Origin: Patescibacteria group bacterium
Lineage (GTDB): Bacteria > Patescibacteriota > Patescibacteriia > Patescibacteriales > UBA12465
Length of the DNA: 40,576 nucleotides
Assembly (NCBI GenBank): GCA_041676225.1
Contig: JBAYSI010000001.1
Span: 1-40,576 of the forward strand
Direction: 5' to 3'
The position numbers were made by a program, and so were the translations under genes. Under the pieces are notes generated by a model that did no database searches, was not told the origin of the DNA, and saw only the letters and a list, made by a program, of their open reading frames with translations. Shown in pieces: positions 25,079 through 33,997 of the stretch; the stretch's first letter is position 1; each line of letters opens with the position of its first letter.

Positions 25079-26524
25079 ATGAATTTAGTGCTTGACTTAT
25101 CTCCAATACAAGAGTTTTTTAATCTCCCACCGGATTTAATGTTGAAAAGTTTTCTATTCAATTTCGGTTGGATTATTTTTGGTATATTTTTTTTATTAGG
25201 TGTTAGAGAAATTTGGCTTTCATATATTAGAGGTAAGTATTTTTCTGGTGTTAAATTTATTTTTTTAGCCATAGATATTCCAAGGGGAAACGTTCAGTCT
25301 CCCAGAGCGGTAGAGAATATGTTCTCATACTTAGCTGGTGCTCACAGTACTCAGAATTTCTTTGATAAGTGGTTTTCTGGAGAGTTTCAGTTGTCTATGA
25401 GCTTAGAAATAGTTAGTTCTGAGGGTTATACTCAATTTTTAATCAGAACACCAATACAGTTCAGAAACTTGGTCGAATCTGCTGTTTATTCTCAATATCC
25501 TGACGCTGAAATTATAGAGGTTGATGATTATTGTGAAGATTTTCCTAGAAAATTTCCAGATGAAGAGTATGATATATGGGGAACGGAGTTTATACAAGCG
25601 GCACACCCTATGTATCCAATAAAAACATATAAAGAGTTTGAGCATCAATTAGGTCCTAGTGAAATGGTTTTTAAAGATCCAATGTCTGAGCTCATGGAAC
25701 TATGCAGTAGTCTTCGTAAGGGAGAACATTTGTGGTATCAAATAATATTAATACCAACTGGTTTTGATTGGGTAAATAATGGAGATGAGGAAATAGGCAG
25801 AATACTAGGCAAGCAGCCAAATGTTAGTTTTTTTAATAAAATTATTGATGCTTTGGTTGAGTTTATCTCTGATCTGAGTGAAGCAGTTTTTTCTTTGTGG
25901 GGAGATGTTCAGGTTAAAGAAAAAGAGTTTAAAAAATTATCAATGATGGAATTAACTCCGAAACAAAAGAAAAAAATTGAATCAATAGAAGAAAAGTCTT
26001 CTAAGATAGCCTTTCTTTGCAAAGTTAGAGTTGTTTATATGGCTAAAAGAGAGGTTATGAACAAGGCTAAGGTTGCAAATGGCTTTGTTGGTTATATGAA
26101 ACAATTTTCTGCTCTAGATTTAAATAATTTAAAGCCCGACATGAAAATTACCGCAACAAAGGCAAATTACTTTAATAAGGGCAAGAAACTAATAAACAAG
26201 CAAAATAAATTAATTAATAATTATATAGATAGAAGTGATTGGGCTGGCAGAACTCCTTTTCTTCTTAATATAGAGGAGTTGGCTACTTTATGGCACTTTC
26301 CAGTTGAGGCTAATTCTAATGCTCCTTTAGTTCAAAAAATCTCAGCTAAGAAATATAAACCACCAGCTAATCTTGCTACGGACGATGCTTCTACTGGTGC
26401 TAAAACTCTAAGAGATGATTTGCTTTCTTTCGATGATATTAGCAATAAGGAAACTAAAAAAGAAGAAAATGATGAGGCTGTAAAGGGTAGTAAGAATATA
26501 CCCTCTAACTTGCCCTTTGGATAA
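25079..26524 (+). CDS. Conserved-looking membrane-anchored hypothetical protein
   Basis: 481 aa from ATG 25079; the ORF track starts at the upstream TTG 25058. It has one TM helix (FLFNFGWIIFGIFFLLGV) and a globular region (FLAIDIPRGNVQSPRAVENMFSYLAGAH...ESAVYSQYPDAEIIEVDDY). No Walker motif. Low-complexity C-terminal tail. Confidence 0.6.
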   Translation: MNLVLDLSPIQEFFNLPPDLMLKSFLFNFGWIIFGIFFLLGVREIWLSYIRGKYFSGVKFIFLAIDIPRGNVQSPRAVENMFSYLAGAHSTQNFFDKWFSGEFQLSMSLEIVSSEGYTQFLIRTPIQFRNLVESAVYSQYPDAEIIEVDDYCEDFPRKFPDEEYDIWGTEFIQAAHPMYPIKTYKEFEHQLGPSEMVFKDPMSELMELCSSLRKGEHLWYQIILIPTGFDWVNNGDEEIGRILGKQPNVSFFNKIIDALVEFISDLSEAVFSLWGDVQVKEKEFKKLSMMELTPKQKKKIESIEEKSSKIAFLCKVRVVYMAKREVMNKAKVANGFVGYMKQFSALDLNNLKPDMKITATKANYFNKGKKLINKQNKLINNYIDRSDWAGRTPFLLNIEELATLWHFPVEANSNAPLVQKISAKKYKPPANLATDDASTGAKTLRDDLLSFDDISNKETKKEENDEAVKGSKNIPSNLPFG

Positions 26525-26528
26525 ATAA

Positions 26529-27722
26529 ATGTTTAAAAGGAATAAAAATAAACCCAAAACTATAGGTATAGATGCTAGACTATATGGGCCCTTAGCCAAG
26601 GGCCTTGGTCGTTATACCCAAGAAACTGTTGATAATATAATTAAAATCGACAAATTAAACAAATATGTTATTTTCCTTTGTAAAGAAAATTTTGATGAAC
26701 TAATTATTGGAGAAGGAAACGAAAATGTTAAGAAGGTTTTAGTTGATATTAAGTGGTATTCCTTAAGGGAGCAAATATTTTTTCCTTATTATATTTTTAG
26801 AGAAAATGTTGATTTAATGCATTTTACTCATTTTAATGTTCCTATATTTTGCCCTACCAAATTTATTGTGACTATTCACGATTTAATTTTAACGAAATTT
26901 AAAACACCAAGAGCTACCACTTTAAGCCCTATTTTGTATAATCTAAAATATTTTTTTTATAGATTGACAATTAAGTCGGCTTTAAAAAGATCTGAAAAGA
27001 TAATAGCGGTTTCTGATTTTACTAAAAATGATATTATTAATCAGTTTAAGATAGGGAGTGATAAAATAGAAAGAATTTATGAAGGAGTTTCAAATTTAAC
27101 TAGAGGTAGTGACTCTTTGTTTGTTGCTAAGTTAAATAAAGATGAGATTTTGAATGATTATAATATAACAATACCATTTCTTTTGTACGTCGGTAATGCT
27201 TACCCTCATAAAAACTTAGAATTTTTATTAGAGAGTTTTCTAGATTTTATTAACGAAGAAAATGACTTGAAATTAGTTTTAGTTGGCAAGGAAGATTATT
27301 TTTATAAAAGACTTAAAAAGTATTCAGAAGACTTAGTTTTGTCTAAGGGCTTAAAAAGAAATCCTTTTATATTTACATCATATGTTCCTGATAATGAGTT
27401 GGAGATTTTATATCAGAAGGCCCTAGCCTATATATTTCCATCTCTTTATGAAGGGTTTGGACTACCTCCTCTTGAAGCCTTGTTTAACTCTTGTCCTGTT
27501 TTAAGTTCTGACGCAGCTAGTATGCCTGAAATATTAGGTAATTCAGCTTTATATTTTAAATCTGGAGAAAAGGATGATTTTTTGTCTAAGTTAAAAATAA
27601 TTATTGAGGATGAAGATTTAAGAAAGGATTTAATTGTTAATTCAAAGCAAGTTTTAAAGAGATATAATTGGTGGGAATCAGCTCATAGTACTTACAAGAT
27701 TTATCTAGATTTGTTAAATTAA
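26529..27722 (+). CDS. Family 4 (GT-B, Glycos_transf_1) glycosyltransferase
   Basis: N-terminal IGIDARLYG...GLGRY and C-terminal EGFGLPPLEA signature. 397 aa. Confidence 0.85.
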   Translation: MFKRNKNKPKTIGIDARLYGPLAKGLGRYTQETVDNIIKIDKLNKYVIFLCKENFDELIIGEGNENVKKVLVDIKWYSLREQIFFPYYIFRENVDLMHFTHFNVPIFCPTKFIVTIHDLILTKFKTPRATTLSPILYNLKYFFYRLTIKSALKRSEKIIAVSDFTKNDIINQFKIGSDKIERIYEGVSNLTRGSDSLFVAKLNKDEILNDYNITIPFLLYVGNAYPHKNLEFLLESFLDFINEENDLKLVLVGKEDYFYKRLKKYSEDLVLSKGLKRNPFIFTSYVPDNELEILYQKALAYIFPSLYEGFGLPPLEALFNSCPVLSSDAASMPEILGNSALYFKSGEKDDFLSKLKIIIEDEDLRKDLIVNSKQVLKRYNWWESAHSTYKIYLDLLN

Positions 27723-27727
27723 TTTCT

Positions 27728-30262
27728 ATGGCCAGTATAAAAAAGCATAAAATTAAAGTTTTTTCAGATGACACATCGTCTGATTTTGTTGTTGATTTGA
27801 GGGGTGAGAAGGAGGTGGAAAACACAAATAAAGATAAGTCATCAAAGAGTCTTTTTTCTAATAATTTTAAAAAAGATAGGGAAAAAAGTTTTAAAAAAAT
27901 AACCATAAAGATAAATGAAAAGAAGATAAAGAATAATTTCTTCTATCCACTATATCTTTTAATTTTTAAAATAGTTAAATCTATTTTTATGTTTTTTTAT
28001 GATTGGTTGATTGATATTGTAAATTTCTTTTTAAAAAAGAGAAAGGTCAAAAAAAACAAATTTAGAATAAGTATTAAGCCCTTAACTAAATTAAGTTTTA
28101 AAATTCCGTCTTTTAGCTTTAAGTTTAAAAAAAAAGATAAAGAAAAAAGATACAATAATGTAAGCTTTAATTATATAAAATCAAAACAGTTAAGATTGTT
28201 TAACAAGAGAAAGAGTTTTAATAAGAAGAAATCAGTTTTTATTTTTTTTATAATTTTAATTTTTATAGCCACTTCCTTTAAGATTGTTAATTATTACAAC
28301 CTATACAAGAGTGGTGATTTTGAGGATAAGATAAGTGGTTATTCTATGAGCGGGATCGAAAATCTCTCCTCTGCAACTGAGGCGATAACTGTTTTTGATT
28401 TCTATAATGCATATACAAAATTTAGTGAGGCTGGTGATAATTTTAGACTAATTGAAGAAGAGTTGAAAAGAGCTGATGAATTGTTGTTATTTTTATCCAT
28501 TTTTTCTAAGGATGACAAGGTTAAAATGTTTTCACAATCAAAAAATATTTCTAACCTAGGTTTTCACCTTTCTTCTTTTGGTAATAATTTAAGCGTATCT
28601 TTTAGTTATTTATTTTCATTTTTTGAGGGTGATAATCAAAAAGAAGATTATGCAATATTTTCTTCCCATATAGAAAAGGCATCTAAAGACTTGAAATTAG
28701 CAAAAAGCTCTTTTTATGATATAAAAAGCTCTGCTATACCGAGTGAGCATAGAGAGCTGTTTGATAGCCTTAAAGTTGTCTTTAATGAAGTTGAGCTTGG
28801 TTTTTCTTATTTCGCTGATAACTTAAATTTGTTTAGGGAGTTTTTAGGTATTGATAGCGATAAGAGATATTTACTTGTATTTCAAAATAATTCAGAAATT
28901 AGAGCTAGCGGTGGATTTATAGGTAGTTATGCCTTGGTTGATGTTAAAAATGGTAAAATTTCAAATATAGAAATTCCAGCTGGCGGTTCCTATGACACTG
29001 AAGGTGGGATGAGTGTTCTAGTTGAGCCACCTAAGCCGTTACAATTGGTTAAGCCAGTTTGGTATTTTTGGGATTCTAATTGGTGGCCAGATTGGAAGGT
29101 TTCAGCTGAAAATATTTCTTGGTTCTATGAAAAAAGTGGAGGTCCAAGCGTTGATGGTGTTATAGCTTTTACCCCAGAAATATTAGAAGACTTATTAAGG
29201 GTTTTGGGTGAGATTGATTTTTCTGATAAATACGGAGTTGTAATAAATGCTGATAATTTTCAAGATATTGTTCAAGAGGTTGTTGAGGTTATAGGGAATC
29301 CTGATCTTTATCCAGAGGACGATTTAAGTGTTTCCAGTAATCTTAATTTGGATGATTTTGAGCAAAACAAACCAAAGGAAATTATAGGTGAAATCTTTGA
29401 AGTTTTAATGGAGAGGCTGGTTAATGAAATGAATGTAGAAAAAACAGTTTCTTTATTCGATTTATTTATTGGTAATTTAAATAAAAAAAATATTCTTTTA
29501 TATTTTAAGGATCAGAGATTACAATCTATGGCAGAGGAAAAATCTTGGGCGGGGAGAGTTAAGGAAACGAAGTGTGACTATTTAATGATTGTTGATTCTA
29601 ATATTGCTGGAGCCAAAAGTGATAAGTTTCTAAATAAAAATTATTATTTAGAGTCAGAAATACAAGAGGATGGTAGAATTATAAATAAATTAACTATAGA
29701 AAGGAATAGAGTTGATGAGAGTTGGGGGGTTTTTTCTAGTGTTAGAAATGTTAATTGGTTGAGAGTTTATGTTCCTCTCGGTAGTAGATTGATAAAAGCA
29801 CAAGGTTTTTCAACTCCAGACTCAAAATATTTTAAAACATCTGATTTGGATTTAAGAAAGAATGACTTAGTTCAGAAATGGGAAGGAGTTTCCGAGATTG
29901 ATTTGTCTAGTGGTCTTAGGATTTATCAAGAAATGGATAAGACAGTTTTTGCCAATTGGACAATGACTGATATTTCCATGGTTTCAAAAATAGAGATAGA
30001 ATATGAATTACCGCATTTAATTAAAGTTGATAACAGCGATACAAGCTTTATTGATAAGCTTTTATCTAGAGATAACAGTAAGTTAACCGGTCATTGTCTT
30101 CTTTGGCAAAAGCAGGCGGGTTTAAAAAATTCTACAGTTAATTTTAATGTGGTAAACAATTATCCAGCTGAAATAGTCTGGTCTTATCCTTCCAGCTTGG
30201 AGGTTGATGGATATCAGGACTCTTTTGTTTATGACAAATACTTTAATTTTTTATTAAAATAA
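27728..30262 (+). CDS. DUF4012 domain-containing membrane protein
   Basis: 844 aa. Lys-rich cytoplasmic N-terminus, one TM helix (VFIFFIILIFIATSF), and the characteristic block KRYLLVFQNNSEIRASGGFIGSYALVDVKNGKI. Confidence 0.7.
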   Translation: MASIKKHKIKVFSDDTSSDFVVDLRGEKEVENTNKDKSSKSLFSNNFKKDREKSFKKITIKINEKKIKNNFFYPLYLLIFKIVKSIFMFFYDWLIDIVNFFLKKRKVKKNKFRISIKPLTKLSFKIPSFSFKFKKKDKEKRYNNVSFNYIKSKQLRLFNKRKSFNKKKSVFIFFIILIFIATSFKIVNYYNLYKSGDFEDKISGYSMSGIENLSSATEAITVFDFYNAYTKFSEAGDNFRLIEEELKRADELLLFLSIFSKDDKVKMFSQSKNISNLGFHLSSFGNNLSVSFSYLFSFFEGDNQKEDYAIFSSHIEKASKDLKLAKSSFYDIKSSAIPSEHRELFDSLKVVFNEVELGFSYFADNLNLFREFLGIDSDKRYLLVFQNNSEIRASGGFIGSYALVDVKNGKISNIEIPAGGSYDTEGGMSVLVEPPKPLQLVKPVWYFWDSNWWPDWKVSAENISWFYEKSGGPSVDGVIAFTPEILEDLLRVLGEIDFSDKYGVVINADNFQDIVQEVVEVIGNPDLYPEDDLSVSSNLNLDDFEQNKPKEIIGEIFEVLMERLVNEMNVEKTVSLFDLFIGNLNKKNILLYFKDQRLQSMAEEKSWAGRVKETKCDYLMIVDSNIAGAKSDKFLNKNYYLESEIQEDGRIINKLTIERNRVDESWGVFSSVRNVNWLRVYVPLGSRLIKAQGFSTPDSKYFKTSDLDLRKNDLVQKWEGVSEIDLSSGLRIYQEMDKTVFANWTMTDISMVSKIEIEYELPHLIKVDNSDTSFIDKLLSRDNSKLTGHCLLWQKQAGLKNSTVNFNVVNNYPAEIVWSYPSSLEVDGYQDSFVYDKYFNFLLK

Positions 30263-30277
30263 TTTATATACAAAAAT

Positions 30278-32239
30278 ATGATAAATCAAAACGACCTTAA
30301 CTTTAAAAGACACAGGATAAGTGATGAAGATAATTCTTTTAAAATAGAGGAAAAAAGAAGTAGAGAGAGAAGGGAGGATGAAATGGAGAAAGATTTACTA
30401 GAGATATATACAGACGATAAAGGTGTTATTAGTGATTTAAGTAAAATAAAAGTTAAAAAAAGAAGACCTTTTATTTTTAACTTTTTTATATATCTTTTCT
30501 TCCTGATTGCCATCTCGCTTTCTGCTTATTGGTTTTTTTCATATTTTAAGAGCCAAAGTGAGTCATCCTTTGTGCTTAATGTCGAAATTTTAGCTCCAAC
30601 AAGGTTAGTGGCTGGGGAAGAGTTTTTTTACGAGGTTGATTATGCAAATAATAGTAGAAACAGTTTGAAGAATGTTGAGATTAATATTAAGTATCCGGAC
30701 AATTTTGTTTATTTAGAGTCATACCCCTCACCAAATTTCAATAATAATTTTTTTACTTTTTCTGATTTAGGATCAGGAGAGGGTGGTAAGATAAAAATAC
30801 GAGGATATATCATGAACAAAGAGGGAGTTAATAATTTATTATCTCTTAATGCTGGTTATGAGGTTAGCGGTTTTTCTTCTTTTTTCAAGAAGGATTTCTA
30901 CTATTCTAATGTTGTTAATTCTCATTCATTCGACTTAAGCTTAGACCTATTTTCAACCATCTTGTCAGGAGAAGATTACAAACTTAATTTTTCTTTTAAA
31001 AACTTTAATAAGTTAATTAATAAAGATGTGGCCATATATTTCTCATCAAGTGAGAATATTGTTTTTGAGCCAAATTTAAGTAAGGAGTTTGTTGATTTGG
31101 GTTTTAGTTTAACTGAGATAGAAGATAATGTTTTTAAAATTAATTACGAGAATAATAAGGGCGATGATTTTGTTTTTGATGGAGATGTGATTATAGGTTT
31201 TAAGTATAAGGCTAATGACAGAATAAGTGATTCAGAATTAGTAACATGGGGCTTAAGGTATTTAGAGGATGATTTAAATTTAGATTTCTACGAAAGACTA
31301 TTTACTCTTAATATTATTAAGAGTAATTTGCACTTAAGTATGGTTGTTAACAATAATAATACAGATCAAACTGTTAATTTTGGGGAGGTTTTAGAATGTG
31401 TTATTAATTATGAGAATAAGGGAGATAAGGAAATGGTTGATTTGATTATTATGGCTGTTTTAGAGAGCGACTTTTTAGACTGGGGAAGTATTGTTGATGA
31501 TAACGAAGGTAAGGTAAGTAGAAAAACTATTAGCTGGACATCTCAAGAGGTTTCCAGATTAAAGTCTCTTTCACCAGGTGATTCTGGTCAGATCAAATTC
31601 TCTATAAAAGTTTCTGATTTTGAAGACTCTTTTATTGGTAAAAATTTAGGAGTTAAAACTTACTCTCAGTTTAGTATGGGTAATATAAGTGAAGTTGAGT
31701 CAGAAGATTTTAAAGAATCTGATAGTAAAAGTAATTTAATAGAAATTAAAATAAATAGTGACTTTACGGCTAGGGAGGAAATTAGATACTTTAATGAAGA
31801 TAATATTCCTGTTGGCTCTGGTCCGCTTCCACCCGTTATTGGTGAAAAGTCTAATTTTAAAGTTTATTGGATAATGGAAAATAGTTTACACGAATTAAGA
31901 GATGTTAAGGCTGAGTTGTATCTACCTGACTATGTTATGTGGGCTGACAATTCAAATGTTTCAGCTGGAAATATATATTATGACTTAGTGGATCATAAGG
32001 TTGTTTGGAATTTGGATAGATTGCCAACCAGTATTAATAATGTTGATGTTAGTTTTGATATTTCTATAATTCCAACCGACTTTGAATATAATAAGATATT
32101 AATACTTTCCACTGGTTCTTCTTTTGAGGCTAGAGATCTAGAAACTGGAGCTATAATTAATAAAAAAACTGGTATTAAAACTAGTAAATTAGAAGATGAT
32201 CCTATTGCAAACTTAAGTAGCGATGGCAGAATTAGATAA
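30278..32239 (+). CDS. Membrane-anchored surface protein with several DUF11/CARDB-like beta-sandwich repeats
   Basis: 653 aa with a TM helix (FIFNFFIYLFFLIAISLSAYWFF). Repeated pattern of the type VAGEEFFYEVDYANNSRNSLKNVEINIKYPDNFVYLES, NFGEVLECVINYENKGDKEMVDL and GEKSNFKVYWIMENSLHELRDVKAELYLP. Confidence 0.55.
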   Translation: MINQNDLNFKRHRISDEDNSFKIEEKRSRERREDEMEKDLLEIYTDDKGVISDLSKIKVKKRRPFIFNFFIYLFFLIAISLSAYWFFSYFKSQSESSFVLNVEILAPTRLVAGEEFFYEVDYANNSRNSLKNVEINIKYPDNFVYLESYPSPNFNNNFFTFSDLGSGEGGKIKIRGYIMNKEGVNNLLSLNAGYEVSGFSSFFKKDFYYSNVVNSHSFDLSLDLFSTILSGEDYKLNFSFKNFNKLINKDVAIYFSSSENIVFEPNLSKEFVDLGFSLTEIEDNVFKINYENNKGDDFVFDGDVIIGFKYKANDRISDSELVTWGLRYLEDDLNLDFYERLFTLNIIKSNLHLSMVVNNNNTDQTVNFGEVLECVINYENKGDKEMVDLIIMAVLESDFLDWGSIVDDNEGKVSRKTISWTSQEVSRLKSLSPGDSGQIKFSIKVSDFEDSFIGKNLGVKTYSQFSMGNISEVESEDFKESDSKSNLIEIKINSDFTAREEIRYFNEDNIPVGSGPLPPVIGEKSNFKVYWIMENSLHELRDVKAELYLPDYVMWADNSNVSAGNIYYDLVDHKVVWNLDRLPTSINNVDVSFDISIIPTDFEYNKILILSTGSSFEARDLETGAIINKKTGIKTSKLEDDPIANLSSDGRIR

Positions 32240-32248
32240 AAACTATAT

Positions 32249-33352
32249 ATGAATATTAAAACTCTTCACGGAAAATTAAAGACTCCATTTTTTATGCCTG
32301 ACGCCACTAGGGGCTTTATTAAGTCTTGTAGTAATAATGATTTGATAATGACTGGTGTTGAGGCGATGGTTGTAAATACCTTTCATCTTTATCTTCAGCC
32401 AGGAATTGAGGTTATAAAAAAGTCCGGGGGAATACATAATTTTATGAACTGGCAAAAACCACTTGTTTCCGATAGTGGTGGCTTCCAAATATTTTCTCTA
32501 ATTCATAAAAATAGTAAAATGGGAAAGATAAATGAAGAAGGGGCTTTCTTTAAATCTCCATTAGACGGTTCTTCTCATAAAATCACTCCAGAGAAATCAA
32601 TACAGATACAATTTGATCTAGGCACTGATTTTATAGTTTGCCTAGACGATTGTCCGCCATATGCTTTTATTGAGAGGGATATAGAAATCTCAGTTAACAG
32701 GACCATTTCTTGGGCTAAGAGATGTCATGATGAATATATAAAGCAAATCAAGAGAAGAAAGCTAAAAGAAAACGATAGACCAAAGTTAATTGCCGTTATT
32801 CAGGGTGGCTTAAGTAGGGAGTTAAGAAAAAAATGCTTAGATGGGTTATTAGAAGTTTCCAATGAAAAGATTCTAGGTGAGACTATTCCTTTCGCTGGTT
32901 ATGGTTTTGGTGGTAGGCCAATTGATGAAAATGGTAAATTCCTTTATGATATTCTAAGTTATACTGCTAACATAATACCAAAAGATAGTTTAAAATTTGC
33001 TCTAGGAATTGGAACCCCTTCGGATATAGTTAAGTGTCATAAAATGGGCTGGAATATGTTTGATTGTGTTATACCAACCAGAGAGGCAAGACATGCTAAG
33101 CTTTATCAATTCACAAAAAAGGGTAGAGAACTAAAGGGTAATTTCTATAAAGAATTAAATGTTAAAAATAGTCAAAATATTTTTAATATAAATAGTATAA
33201 ACAAGGATTCTAAAATTAAAGAGCTTCAAATTAACTCTTTGTCATATCTTCATCATCTTTTTAAACTTAACGAGGCAAAAGGCCATAGATTGGCTAGTTT
33301 AAACAACCTCGAGTTCTATAACGAAATATTAAAAACTCTTAAAAAAGCTTAG
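32249..33352 (+). CDS. tgt: tRNA-guanine transglycosylase family protein lacking the zinc-binding Cys/His ligands
   Basis: TPFFMPDAT, LVSDSGGFQIFSL, LDDCPP, IQGG, GIGTPSDI, and MFDCVIPTREARH followed by SYLHHL. There is no cysteine after the DCV motif. Confidence 0.8.
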   Translation: MNIKTLHGKLKTPFFMPDATRGFIKSCSNNDLIMTGVEAMVVNTFHLYLQPGIEVIKKSGGIHNFMNWQKPLVSDSGGFQIFSLIHKNSKMGKINEEGAFFKSPLDGSSHKITPEKSIQIQFDLGTDFIVCLDDCPPYAFIERDIEISVNRTISWAKRCHDEYIKQIKRRKLKENDRPKLIAVIQGGLSRELRKKCLDGLLEVSNEKILGETIPFAGYGFGGRPIDENGKFLYDILSYTANIIPKDSLKFALGIGTPSDIVKCHKMGWNMFDCVIPTREARHAKLYQFTKKGRELKGNFYKELNVKNSQNIFNINSINKDSKIKELQINSLSYLHHLFKLNEAKGHRLASLNNLEFYNEILKTLKKA

Positions 33353-33354
33353 CA

Positions 33355-33383
33355 TTGACTTTTAATTATTGTTATGTTAATTA
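33355..33383 (+). promoter_or_regulatory. Candidate promoter for the 33418 gene
   Basis: TTGACT (33355-33360), 17 nt, TAATTA preceded by TGT (extended -10-like). Confidence 0.35.
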
Positions 33384-33417
33384 TTCCTAAGTTGTTTAAC
33401 AAAAAAAAATAAAAGAA

Positions 33418-33924
33418 ATGAGAAAAAAAACTTTTAACATCGCCTTAATTAGTGCTGGTTTATCTTTATTATTGTTTGGATTTTTGGACTTTATTGAAAT
33501 TTTAAGTATTAATTATTTCCAGCAAGTAGTTATTGGTCTGTTCTTGATTAAGTTGGTTGGTTTTTTAAAACTAGCCGAACTTATTCTTAAAAGAATAAGT
33601 AGAAGAGAATTTGTTGAGAATTCTGAATTCAAGCTTTTCACAATAAGTGAAGACATGTTAAGTGATCAGATTATCGATGAGATGAAATCTGAAAATCTTG
33701 AGCCAGTCACTCTTTCAGATCTTCAAAATTTCTACAAAGACAAAAAATTATTTTTCCCTATCATAGCGCTAGGCTCTGCATGGGATGATAAGAGTGTTGC
33801 AAGTGACTATAGGTCCATTCCATACATAGAGAAGATTAGCGATTTAGATCGTTGGATTAGGATTAAATGGTCTTTTGATAAATGGCCAAAAAATTCTAAA
33901 TTCTTATCTAAAAAAATAGCATAA
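33418..33924 (+). CDS. Hypothetical membrane protein
   Basis: 168 aa with two N-terminal TM helices and a soluble C-terminal domain. No family recognised. Confidence 0.55.
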   Translation: MRKKTFNIALISAGLSLLLFGFLDFIEILSINYFQQVVIGLFLIKLVGFLKLAELILKRISRREFVENSEFKLFTISEDMLSDQIIDEMKSENLEPVTLSDLQNFYKDKKLFFPIIALGSAWDDKSVASDYRSIPYIEKISDLDRWIRIKWSFDKWPKNSKFLSKKIA

Positions 33925-33930
33925 GGCAAC

Positions 33931-33956
33931 AAAGGGAATAATATTCCCTTTTTTTA
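33931..33956 (+). terminator. Rho-independent terminator
   Basis: aaagggaat (33931-33939) / attcccttt (33942-33950), followed by a T-run. Confidence 0.7.
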
Positions 33957-33964
33957 ATATATTA

Positions 33965-33973
33965 TGCTATAAT
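33965..33973 (+). promoter_or_regulatory. Extended -10 element TGCTATAAT upstream of cysS
   Basis: The same 12-mer tgctataattat occurs upstream of murC (13881-13892). It lies 25 nt before the cysS ATG. Confidence 0.4.
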
Positions 33974-33997
33974 TATCTGGTAAATAATTTTAAAAAT

